Of a stretch of 64,000 nt of DNA, positions 47,806 through 59,808 are shown one piece after another. Numbering within the stretch: position 1 is the stretch's first letter; every line of letters starts with the position of its first letter. A program made the translations under genes and the position numbers. Origin of the DNA: Lingula anatina (lineage: Eukaryota > Animalia > Brachiopoda); the NCBI GenBank assembly GCA_051362555.1, contig CM120645.1:10726001-10790000 (forward strand), read 5' to 3'. The notes under the pieces are model-generated. The model ran no database searches, was not told where the DNA came from, and saw only the letters and a list, made by a program, of their open reading frames with translations.

Positions 47806-50800
47806 CTAAACAAGCTCCAGCTCTATGGGATAGTGGTCACTCACTGCTTTGGCCTGCAATGAAAAACCACGTTGTAAATTAAAATAAAAAAACATGATTT
47901 TTTATATACAGAAAAATTTTACAGGCAACTTTTCTGTTTAGTCTAGTTTTTTTCGCACAAAAGTCTAACTTCATCAAAATGACATCACGATTGGCCTGTA
48001 TTAGTGGGTAATTACTATAGGGAAGCTGTTCCAAGATGATCTGACGGGACCCCATGAAATCAAATACGTACCTCCTCGTTTGTAAGACCATATTCCAGGT
48101 CGAAGCGGAACACGCTGACGTTGCTGATGCCATCGACCAAATCCTGGCCCCGTGCTACAAACCTAGAATTATATCAAGATTTTTCATATTCCGTCTGATA
48201 AAACGTCAACATATAAGTTTCCCTTGGTTATTGGTCATGTGAACTTAGCTCTGGTATTCCGGCTGAAAATTCCACGAGGAAACGCAAAACAGGCAGCTTT
48301 CCTATGTCAATTATCTTAACAGACGTACATCATGCAGACTCCACGTCAACATCGAAAGTGATTTAAAAATTTAGATCTCCAACTTAGAGCTCAAAAATCA
48401 GATTTTAGGTGGTTCTATATTTGTTAACCGTTTTGGAATTGGTGCACCTTGACGATTAAGGGTAAAAATCCAATGGTCTTATGCTCATTGTGTGTCTTTT
48501 TCGAAACTGCTTATTTTCGTAGGAGTCTAGGTTGCACCAATTTTAGCATGTACTCTATTTTTTACGAAACAGGAACCGGATGACTATGCAGAGAGATAAT
48601 ATTTCCAATATAAAGATTTAACGCTCATTGTGTGACATTAAAGCGCCCACCTATCGTAGGCACAGTCCGTGGTAGACACGGTAGTGTCAGCGTCGTCGGG
48701 TATCAGCCACGTGAACGGTGAACAACGCAGTGACAATGCAGAGCATGTTAGGTCGCGCACGTAGTTGCAATCTGCGTTCAAGTCTCCCAAAATAAGCACG
48801 TCGTCCGTTGGCCACTTGTTTGCGACGTCAATACTCACAACATCAGCGAGAGCGTTAAGTTCATTGACGGCATCCGTAGGTTTGGCATGCAACGTGCATA
48901 AGACAAATTCTACGCCTGAAAGTGGGAATATCAGCACACATGAAACATGTACAAATGAACCGATATAAATATTCTGTTTTTACATATATGAAATCAGATG
49001 TGTTGATTTACTATAGAACCCTGTCACATTGTAATTAGCACGTGAAATTACACTGAGAGTGTGTGTTGGAGACAATTTATTCATATAAAACCAAAGAAAC
49101 ACGCCTGAAGGTAGCTTGTAATGCACATATTTACTATTACATGTATTGACCCCCAACCTCCCTCTAAATCCGCCAATGTAACATTACCTGATATAAGGGA
49201 TCGGAACTTCACAAAAAACGGTTCTCTTTCAAATGCGTCACTCCCGTCATCTGGTCCGTCGTCGTACTGATAAGACTCAAGCACAGAAGCAGATTCATCT
49301 CTGAAATTTAAATGAACATCTCAAAAATAGCATTATGCCTGCCAGACAGCAAAAAGATTTATACACAGGCAATTTCTAGTCAATTTCTCCTAATTAATGA
49401 ACGGCCTACTGCTGTACATCCCCCCCCCCCCCCCCCGTGATGACCCCCCCCCCCCCCCCCCCCCATAGACATCAATTAACCCTGACCTAATATATTCGAA
49501 GAGAAGAAATTAACTAAAAGTCTCATTTGGAAAAAAAGGTAACTTTGTAGACTCTGTAATCCATGCTGCTTTGGAGTTAGGTCTGTAATTTGACAAATAA
49601 AAGGTTGGTAGAAAGTGTTGTGAATTTAATCTCATCGAACACGTAAGGTGGAGTGTTTCTGTAGTTTACCTGTACAGGAAAGCGTACTGTTCCTTGACTC
49701 TCGAGCGGCCCAGACGTTCGCTGAGTTCCATGGAGTAGGAAGGCCCGCCTTGCCTGGAACCGGAGATATGCCATGCCTTAGTATTGTCATATACATTGTA
49801 TCTTGAATAAAAGACCCTTAAATGTCTCATCTATATCAGCGGCATCTACCGTACATATACATCTAACTGGATCGGTCCGCTTTGGATGGTCTGAAATGTC
49901 ATTATTCTGTGTGCGTTTTAACCTTTCAGAAGTTTTCCAATTGTTTAGTGACCCCAGGATCCACGCTACATCTTATTTCCAACACACTAGCACTCGCATA
50001 ATCAGCAGTTTTCTGTATTCTAGCCAACGCTATGCGGAGGCGTGTTAACCTGTTTAATCTGACTACATTCAGCGAGAATCCCTGCGGAGTTGGGTCGATC
50101 TATATACCTAGAACGGTAATTATACTAGGAACGAACCCTTAATGAATTGACCGTGTCGAGCGCGGAACTCCGTTCAGTTGACTCTCCAACGCACCTGTCC
50201 TAACCAGGCTATTTTTGAATCTCTCCGAGTGGATCGGTCCAGTTAAATGTACCGTTCGATCTGAACAGTACCTAGCATTATTTGGATGATTAAAGCGTAG
50301 TACTTTCAAATGATCAAAGTCCAGCATATATATAGTGCTCTTAAAGGATTAGATCCTAGCACGTGCAGTATTTTTCAAAGTTTAAAGTGCAGCAACTGTA
50401 GTATTTACAAATGATTTAAGTGTAAGTGTAGGGAGAAGATAATGAATTCTAAGTCGCTGTTTACTTACTGGTTGACAAGACTCAGTAGCTCATATATAGA
50501 TTCCTGGGAAACATCTCTGATTTCTTGAATAAGAATAATATCGTAGCGTCGAACTATCTAAAGGTTACGAAAAATAAATTAAAATTATTAAAGGACATCG
50601 ACTGGGCTGAATTCCCTTTTGTAATCAGCGTGCACACAGGTCCTGAAACTGAAATGCTTCTAACGTTTCACTAAAATGCGTCAGCTCAGTTAAATTTTAA
50701 TTTCAATCAAATGTCAGCAATATGATAATTAAGTTATATCGTTTATAAACAATCCACGGAATATTGTACTTCAAAGACCGATTAAAAAAATCTCACTGCA

Positions 50801-53117
50801 GGTGCAATTATTGCGCCTGCATTACCAGCAGCACAACTAGCACAATCTCAGTCTCTCTACTAATGATTTGCATAAGTGAGAAGTAGTCTACGTGACCTGC
50901 TAGCCTTTTCTGTGCTGATATTTGGCAGACATTTGAAAGTAGTGAGACAGGCAGGACCTTAGCTTAGGAGACCTTAGAAGATAGCAAAAATGTAAGCATT
51001 TGGCATTTATGTTATTGTTTAAAAGTAATGTTATTCACACTTTATTCTTACATGATAAGTGTATGTTTAAATTAGAGAATGTACTGCAGTTGCTACTAGT
51101 AAGTGTTTGGTCTCACAATAGTGTTACAATATGGTTAGCAGTATCATATGTAAGGGAAACGTGACTTGTTCTACAGCACCATTTTTATTTCACTTAATTT
51201 CATTTAGGTTTTATAACACTTAAAGTGAATGAGACTGAGTGTACATCGCCAACTTATTAAAGAAATATGGAGTTGATGGTAAGTTTGTTATAACAATATA
51301 GATTGCTTTGTTGGATATTCATGTTCATAATGAGTTTAGTCGAGAGTAGAGCTAACTGGATGTGTTATCAAAAACAAGCTGTCACATTTATGAAATCTGT
51401 GTTATGAAATGACAAATGTTTAGCTCTGTGTTATATGAGGAATGGACTGCCTTTAATAAACAGTGTTTGGGAATTGTATAATAATATGTACATTTGGTTT
51501 GATGAGATTGTTTTATGATATATTTATTTATTATTGTTACTTGTTTTCCTATTAGGTTCACGGTTATTTGTTGATTCAAGAAAGAACAAAGAATACAATA
51601 CAAACCGTCAGCATCTCCTCTTGTTACCTGTCTGTCTACACTAATATGATATGAACGTCTTACACCAAGCAGAAAACCATCAATCCTTTATATTTTTCAG
51701 ATATTTCTTGTATAGTTTAATTTAGTGGATTTATTATCGCGACAGTACCGTATATACATAAATAATATATAAATATGAATATATAAGTGATGTATAATAA
51801 TTTCAATGCACATTTCCTACCTGGACCAGGATATCCACCACTTCTTCTTTAGACATCTTGGTTACACCAAATATCTGCACATTGAATGCGGCTATTTTGA
51901 GGCCTGTGGTACCACCCGATGCTGAATAAATGTGATGTATGCATGACAAAAAACGTAATACTCGTTCAGAAAAGCATAAGAATAAAGAAATAAAATGTAC
52001 ATTAAACCCCACGTTTGTAACACACTTCCCAACTATGAAAGTCGACTGTGAATACACGGGCGGAAGAGACCATCTTCGATGTCAAAATCACCTTAAAAGT
52101 GGATTTTTAGTAAACGTAATATAGAGAAATACACTCTGAAAGACCCTGATTGAACAAAACGTATATTCTTCAATGGGGACACGGTAAGGAAATGTTAAGA
52201 TTCGGCTCTGATCATAACAAAATTGAATCACCCGTCGTATGGGCTCCAGCAGCAACTTTGAAAGCGGTGGCGAAATTTTTGCTTAGTCTGACACCTGCAT
52301 TCTCGATATCAGACCTTTTACTGAGGTATCGGTGAACGAGGTAATGGCCACACATCAGGAACATAAAACTGAACACATCAAACGGACAAATACAGACTTG
52401 ACATTTAATATGGAATGTTTTTTCCAAATCATTTTTCATTAGTTTTTTTCCTATTTTGCTGACTGATAAATGAAAATAAGGACTTGATATTAAATATGGA
52501 ATGTTTTTTCCAAATCCTTTTCATTATTATTTTTTGTTGGTTGATAAATAGAAATAAGGATTACAATCGAATAATTAATAATAATATGTGTGTATTAAAA
52601 TGACCTGTGTCGTTACCTTTATTATTTTGATATTCACAAACTGAATGAAAAAATTTAATAATGAAAAATTACACATAAGAAGTTGTAATAAATTTATTTT
52701 CATTTTAGCAGACCTATTCATTTGTCAGATAAATTTTCAAATTGGAGCCGTTGACGGCACCTTTATTTAAGGTTGCATCCCCCTTCAATTTGTAGGATGT
52801 ACGCTCCCGATTTTGATATTCTTTTACAACATAAGGCCCTAGCCAGGGATTTTCCTGCGTTCCACCTTTTCTGTCTGATCTTCTTAGATTGCGTTTTAGA
52901 ACCTTTGTACCAATGGTAAGCACCTGTATAATAGATTTAGTTATGATGTCTTTTTGACATAATTAATCATAATTCAATTAAAATTTATATAAAAGGAAAT
53001 TGAGTAAGAAATAGGCATACGCACACACCGCAACAACAGCAATACAAAATAACCTCAGGCAAACAGTGTACTTATAACGGTATAACGGTCGTACTATGTG
53101 AAGAAATGTTTTATTGG

Positions 53118-53169
<52 letters not shown>

Positions 53170-54783
53170 CAAAATTTAAATGCAGTGATGCCTCACTGAA
53201 ATGTATTTCCTTATCTGTCAATGGCGAGCAACATATCGCTTTTTTGGCTCTTGTTGTGCCTTTCTGATGTTTCTCAATGCTGCCTCTCCCACTGTCTTGT
53301 TCATCGTCTCTACTCTGGTTTCCACTTCTTTCTGACACTCAGAAACAGTCGGCATATTTATGCCACTGGGCCCTGGCACGCCTTCGTCACACTCTTCTCC
53401 ATCACGAATACACACGTCTGTTGATAGCACAGGTTTTCTAAAGAGAAAATAAATTTTAATTTTATGTACAGTTACCCATTCCATAAATTTTATTTATTAT
53501 ATCCATCCGAGATAACCTATAATAAAAACACGACATTGTCCAATATTACTTACATCATTGAAGAAAATGTGTGGAAAATAATATTCTATTTTTTAATAAA
53601 ACGTCAAAGAATTCAACATTTGGTGAAGAAAGTGAAGAAAGTTTATATTCCTCTTTACCTCCCAAACATCAGATAAAAAGGGGGAAAACCCAGTCGATGC
53701 ATGGATGGACGTACAGTATTATACGCAAAGACAACATTCTCCAAAACTTCGTCCCAGTGGTGATCAGCCTGGTACTTTAACAGTATGTCCTTCAGGGTTT
53801 GGTTCAAACGTTCTGGAAAAAAAAAGGATAAATCGTAAAATGCATCCAATACATGAATGTTATAGAAGAATATGTACTCATCTCACCAGACTAAGTTGTA
53901 TAGATAGTATGATAAAGTATTATATTAAATGGCCAATCAAACCCTTAACTAAACTGTGGGCTAAAATTAGTGACAATATATGGCATTACAGGCATGTATA
54001 AAATGTGTTCATTCAAGAATATCAGTAAAACATACCCGTGAGGCTATTGCATTGGAGATGGTAAGCTGTGATTCTCTTGTGTTTTATTTTGAGGGATGTG
54101 GTTATGGAATGTAACAAATTGTTGTTAAACTCCCTTCCTTGGGAAATCCAAAACTGAAAAAAAGAACACTTGATCATGATTGCTTAGTTAACAACTCACC
54201 CTGTATGAGATTCAGCGGATAGATTACTTTATAATGGCATATGACATGAAGTTAGCATCATCCTGGTTAATTATATAAACCAATAACTTAAACATATAAC
54301 GGTGCAAGCGTTGTTTATGAATAAGTATTAATATGCCTAAAATACGACACTTACTTAAAAACAGGTCCAAAAGAAAACTGGCCACACCTGTTGCCTCCTT
54401 ACTGGGCAATGCACGTGACTGGGCCAGTTTGCTATAATAGCACATAACAGTGCATGCATACGCATTGCCCGTTTCGGTCTGTGGCATGGGTCCAATTAAA
54501 TCAATACTAATCTATAAAAACTAAAAAAAAAATACTTTATTTCTGATTTAACTTGAAATTTGTAAAATTTAAAAATTTAAATAACTGCGAAATTAAAGAC
54601 ATCTGATTTCCAAATCTTAAGATTTATTTCTTAAAAAGGTATATTGATAAAATATGCAACTTTTTTCCAATATTAATGTTACTGATAAAAATAACTAGAT
54701 TATTAGAAGAATAGGTATGTCTTGCTTACCATCCTCCACGCCTCAGGCTTATCAACGGCTATGGGGTTAAGCGGTGGACAGTC

Positions 54784-54872
<89 letters not shown>

Positions 54873-57623
54873 CACTCGTTGACACTTGTCACATTTTGAG
54901 AGGAGTTTTATAATATCGTCAACCATGTTGGGCTAAAAATATCTTTTCTCAACTTTGGCAAGAGTTTTATCCCTACCTAGTTGACCACCTAAAATTTAAA
55001 CAAAGTAATTGAAAGTAATCGCTTCTGAGACACACTTGACATTTGTCAATGTCAGGAATGAAATAAAACGATAAAAACAACGTATTTGATATTGTGGTAA
55101 TTGATATTTTTAATAAATAATTCAAATATATATTTACCAAGGGGGAATGCATGAAGTGTTTCCAAAATTTTCTCTACTTCCTCTCTGTCCCTTACGACAA
55201 TTCGCCAAAGTTCATCATCATGACCATCATAATTACTGCATTGTCTGTCATCCAAGACGTCATTCACTTTCCTCTTATTTACTTTATAAAATAGCTTGCC
55301 ATGTTCAATCTGAAATAATCATTACAATATTATATATAATCATAAATTTAAATTAATGACAGACCCTTTCTTCTGTAAGTGAAGTTTGACGGAGAAAAGC
55401 AATAATCAGTATTTGTCCTCGGACCCAAAATCCTGGAGATAGTAGTGCATGGACCTAAAATCCCAGAAATTGTAGTCCCCCGGACCTAAAATCCCAGAAA
55501 TTGTAGTCCCCCGGACCTCTAAATACCAGAAATTGTAGTACCCCGGACACTTATTTCAGGAGCATAGGTCTGCCGGACTTACATTCCTGGGAATGAATGT
55601 CTGTGTGTAAGCTATTAAGACCTCTGTAAACGAAAATAATGTGTATTTTGGACATTATGAAAATTAACTGTAAATGAAAGCTTACTTTATAATTCGACTT
55701 GCTTGTTCTTCGAATAACTCTTTTCTGGGTCGGTGTTGTGCCTGTCGGGTATGTGCCCTCTTGAAGATACTGAAATATAACCTCTATGTTAGGTCTCGCA
55801 CGGGTGCTGCTCGTCCCTTCCATATCCAAAGTCAAGTGAGGGTGTGGTATCAGAATATGAGCGTATTTATAGCAGTGCAAGGAAGCGCGTGACATCTGCA
55901 ACCAATCACAATTATCCGACGTGACAAAGTAAAATGACCAGCAAACATGACAAAGACAAAAAATCACGCAAAAGTAAAAAAAAAGGCGACTTCAGTCTTA
56001 TAAGGATTCGAACTCCCATCAGATTACTCTAAGATGCTGTACTGCATGCAAATTGTTGCACTGCCTAACCACTACGCCTGAGAGACGAACCGGCAAACGG
56101 GCGATTTTACGAAGTAATTATATATGCTCACTAAAGCATACTATTCATGTCACTGGCCTTTACCTAGTAGTAATATAAAGGGACGGACATAAAAATAGGG
56201 CGGACGTCCATTTCGCTGACTAAACGGAATGCAGGTCCGCCAGGAATAGAAGTCATAACCATATTTATGTCAGGAATACGGGTCCCATTAGGACTACTAT
56301 TCCTAAGGAATAACCTCGGTTTCAGGCAGACCTGCATTCCGTTCACAGCGGCAATCTCTCCGTGCAGCCTAAAATTCTTCCTAAGGTGCCCCCTATCAAA
56401 TGATACTCAAGTGGTTTTCAGATTTTTCCTTTGATCTGGTTCGGGTTTTCATTGATGACTCACATTGGAGGTTTGACACCAATGTCGTATCCACTCCAAA
56501 TACTGACGCTGCCAGTGACCCTATAGTGACTTACGACGCGGTACATGCTTCGTCGTAGGCCTCTTCTGGATGTCTGTAAACTCTTTTTTGACTAGTTGAG
56601 CGGTACATGTGAAATCTGACCTCAATAAAGAAAGCCACGCGGTTTCAGTGTTCTACCCAGAAACGGCCGCTGTTCCCAGTCCATTAGAGAAACAGACGAC
56701 GGTGTTTTGCTGTTAACAGTGGGTTCCTCGGAGGTCGTCTGGTATTCTAACCTGCTAAAATCAGTTTGGTGTTCGCTAAGGGCCTTGAAAGGCGCTTTTT
56801 GGTGGCATTTTACCCCTCATTCTGAACGGACTGAGTGGTAATTGTTTTGTTGCAGCAGCATATCCCGAAAGACAGTGAGTCCTGAACCCTGGTGGTAGGA
56901 TTTTGATGCATTGGATGTGGCCTCAGTGTAGGTACATCAGTCCGTATAATACATCAGTCAGTGTATTACACTATAAAATTGTGCAAAAACTACTGCTTGC
57001 ATGCGAAATTTCAAATTCTTCTACGCAGTAGTTGCCGACATATGGATACTTTTTTGACAGAACAATACTTTGCCAAAACCAAGCTTCGACTAGCCAAAAG
57101 GAGCACTACCCAATTAAATCAATAATTATTACACAATGCAGCAGTGCAACAGACACGGTAGTCAGTTAATTGGTTGCGGCACACTTGACTACACACTTCT
57201 CCATTCACATATCTTATATGATATCAGCGTTTTTTTTTTTTTTTTTTAAGAACGAATTTTTACCTAGGCATACCTTCGAAACTGAAATATTCCATATTAG
57301 ATGTCAAGTCAGTATATAAATAGAAACAGTGTTCGCATTTCTCTATAGCGAGTATAATGGGCATGTCTTTTGATGTTTGTAAATATTAAAATATTTAAGA
57401 CACAAGAGAAGATCTTAACAAAAACATGTCACTTTTCTGTAGTTCAAGGTGGATGAAATATTTCAAGGACATCGAGTCATCATATAACATTCACATATTT
57501 GGTTAATTGTTTAGTTAATAATGTTAACATACATCTCACCAACCGTTGCTTCGTCGGAGCACTTCCAACCAAGAGACCAAGGTAAAGGAATCCTACCAAA
57601 GCGAACGGCAAAATTCTCCCCAT
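47806..57623 (-). CDS. DNASE1-like: Deoxyribonuclease I family protein (secreted)
   Basis: Exons 51821-51921 (LKIAAFNVQIFG), 50469-50557 (YDIILIQEIRD), 49670-49753 (SERLGRSRVKEQYAFLYR), 49188-49300 (DAFEREPF), 48651-48915 (LHAKP, GDLNADCNY, DCAYDR), 48072-48162, 47806-47853 (SDHYPIEL). Catalytic residues intact. Probable first exon 57540-57623 (MGRILPFALVGFLYLGLLVGSAP, signal peptide); its link to the rest is inferred. Confidence 0.9.
54785..54870. repeat. poly(T) plus (GT)n tract inside a transposase exon
   Basis: Lies between the codons for CQRVN and DCPPLNPI. Confidence 0.9.
55421..55548. repeat. About 31-bp minisatellite, 4 units
   Basis: GGACCTAAAATCCCAGAAATTGTAGTCCCCC-like units in transposase intron 1. 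Confidence 0.85.
55864..55906 (-). promoter_or_regulatory. TATA and CCAAT boxes of the transposase promoter
   Basis: Minus-strand CTATAAATA at 55872-55864, about 45 nt above the ATG; CCAAT box at 55902-55906. Confidence 0.5.
55976..56086 (-). ncRNA. tRNA-like RNA polymerase III unit
   Basis: GTCTCTCAGGCGTAGTGGTTAGGCAGTGCAACAATTTGCATGCAGTACAGCATCTTAGAGTAATCTGATGGGAGTTCGAATCCTTATAAGACTGAAGTCGCC followed by a T9 run; A box, B box and two internal hairpins; no canonical anticodon loop. Confidence 0.65.
56223..56347. mobile_element. Probable terminus (TIR) of the Ginger element
   Basis: Ends CATTCCGTTCACA (TGTGAACGG on minus), flank GCGG; internal inverted copy AACGGAATGCAGGTC; about 120 bp shared with 58789-58909. 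Confidence 0.55.
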
Positions 57624-57702
57624 TGTGTGACAGGCACGTGAAACAGGTACCGAGGAGCTTAGGTGTGAAATCTGCAGCGATCTGCATCTGCAGAGAGTGC
57701 GG

Positions 57703-57711
57703 CTTTATATA
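57703..57711 (-). promoter_or_regulatory. TATA box upstream of the putative DNase I first exon
   Basis: Minus-strand TATATAAAG about 80 nt above the ATG at 57623. Confidence 0.5.
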
Positions 57712-58744
57712 CCTATAGTGCACAGATGATTTTATGGCTTCCACTCCTGTTGCTGTCCCAGAGTGGAGTGATCTGATATTGGTGCTACATTCCTCCTTCA
57801 AGACCCCCGGTCATAAATTTAAAGTTTTCATGAATGATTCGGCATCGGAGATAATACAGCTAAGAACGTATGGAAAGAATAATTATTATTTAATAAGATT
57901 AATTGGAACTAATTTGGCTCCCCTTAGAAACCACGTTATTGAAAGACTCGATTTTATTAATCTCAAATATAAGAACCATTTGAACAAGTGAGCATGAACA
58001 TTGTAATCGTTATCTGATTTTATCTGATGGTTCATTTACCCAAAAGGCGTGATTTTGTATTGGTTATAAGTAAATTGTTAGTGCCTTTCAAACTTTTAGC
58101 TTCTATCACGACATGTCCACCTGTGTTTTCCCATCATATAAAGAGGTACAAGCAGTATACTCTGTCCATTAACACTAAACCCAAGCTACAAGTGCGTGTT
58201 TCTAGGGTTATAAGTGTTCATTTTATATATTCACTACAAATAAAATAAAGCTTAGCAAGTACTTTTAAGTGTAGCGAACTTATGTGTATCGAAAGGTCTA
58301 TTAGCAATTTCACACTCTAGCGTATAGATGTACGAATGAAAATCCTATTTGAAATCTGTTTTACGCACATTTTAAGTGTATTAAGCCACCCCCTTTCAGC
58401 GTATGAAAGTGAACGTATAAGCAGCGTATAGTAAGCGAATGGCCGTTTGAGTAACTTTTTCAAGCATATGTCAACGTATGACATCTAAAGCAAATCTTAT
58501 ATCAACGTATGAGTAAGCATGGGAACCGCATATCAGCTTAGAGTACCGCATGTAAGACCGTGCGCATGGCTGTAGCACATGAGAGGCTATGAGTGAAGGC
58601 AAAGTCACATTGTAGCGTATACACATGTAGCACCTACGTAAGATAAAAAGTGCCCATACGCAGACAAACACAAGGGCTTCTTTAGACTTACGTCGTACAC
58701 GCATCGAGTACGCAAGCAAACGTTGGTGTACGTTCGCATGCCAG

Positions 58745-58909
58745 TGCGAACGGAATGGTAGTCCTAGTAACGCAAGTCTGACCGGACAACGGAATTCAGG
58801 TCCGCCAGGAATAGAAGTCCTATCCATATTTATGACAGGAATACAGGTCCCATTAAGACTACTAATTCTAAGGAACCTCGGTTCAAGGCGGAACTGCATT
58901 CCGTTCACA
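58745..58909. mobile_element. 165-bp Ginger-type mini-MITE
   Basis: TGCGAACGGAATG...CATTCCGTTCACA termini; flanks CCAG and CTGG; homologous to 56223-56347. Confidence 0.6.
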
Positions 58910-59283
58910 CTGGGAGGGGGGGGGATAAATTGTTTTAAACATGATCACACACACACTTTCATTCGCTGTTTATACCTCCTTTTAAAACGTTTGTAAGTGG
59001 ATGATTTCATCCGCTGAAAAGTGTGTTTAATCAATGTGACATACAATACTACACTTATATTTTTTGTAGGTGTCACTCTAGAGCCTTTACTTGTGCGAAG
59101 TGGAATAAAGCATTGGTAGAGTAAGAGCTGCATCCATGTACATGAAAGTGGATTTCTCCATCTTGAACAGTTTTGCTGAAGGTATTGCTAAACCATTGAC
59201 TTTAATACTGTTAACAATGAGAAACCGACTGTTAACCTGGTTAGCTGTAACAAACTACAGTAAACAAAAACAGGCGTACCCAT

Positions 59284-59808
59284 CTACCAGACTCGGCACA
59301 TAAGGATCCTGAATTAACCGGTATATCGGACCACACCACCCGTTTTCAAGGTGTGTGTCAGATCGCATTTCGGAGTATCAATCAGAACACCGACATGATG
59401 AGCCCACGCTCGGCTGTCAACTTGATTGGATAGTAAACGATTGTCGTAAAATCGCTATATGATTTTAAAACCGGGTGCATAAATTTGAAAGCTACCTAGA
59501 TGAACCTTAGACTGCCAGATTAATCTAATACAATGCAAAAAAGCCCTATCAAAAGTGGTTAAAACATTCAAACCGAATGTCGTGAAGTCCCCATATACCC
59601 CCATAGAGACAATAAAATAGAGCACTCTAAAGTAAGAGTACAGTTTAAGGTACTTCAGCCGAGTGTGGATGAGCCCACAGTCGTCCTACAAAATTTGTTC
59701 TGGAGTATGATACTCCGAAATGCGATCTGACACACACACACCTTGAAAACGGGTAGTGTGGTCTGATATACCGGTTAATTCAGGATGCTTATATGCCGAG
59801 TCTGGTAG
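59284..59808. mobile_element. MITE with TIRs of about 97 bp
   Basis: CTACCAGACTCGGCA.ATAAG.ATCCTGAATTAACCGGTATATC...GATCGCATTTCGGAGTATCA inverted at both ends. Confidence 0.8.

Larger units (their letters stand above)
52714..55823 (-). pseudogene. Intron-containing Gypsy-integrase-like transposase (Ginger1/GIN type), inactivated
   Basis: Exons 55686-55823 (YLQEGTYP), 55138-55309 (LHAFPLG), 54730-54988 (GQLGRDKT..RYF*PNM..CDKCQR), 54355-54511 (SIDLIGP), 54036-54153 (QGREFNN..TAYH.QCN), 53659-53812 (ERLNQTLK..W..VFAYNT..PFYLMFGR), about 53197-53437, 52714-52923 (WLGPY). Stops at 54933-54935 and 53218-53220; segment with the second catalytic Asp deleted. Confidence 0.85.

Noticed and set aside
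50860-51285. Plus-strand exon-like segments with an octamer motif in a DNase I intron
   Set aside because: No coherent ORF or termini; cannot support a gene or element.
52047-52070. TGTGAA as the left TIR of the Ginger element
   Set aside because: Only 6 nt match and the flank does not match GCGG/CCGG.
55421-55548. CRISPR-like array
   Set aside because: Head-to-tail units without unique spacers, in eukaryotic DNA with no cas genes.
56164-58908. Similar minus-strand ORFs MNGMQ... at 56164-56346 and 58471-58908 as a peptide family
   Set aside because: Similarity comes from the shared transposon terminus; starts are GTG and there is no coding signature.
58945-59141. Alternative DNase I first exon
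   Set aside because: No signal-peptide character or suitable donor; 57540-57623 fits much better.
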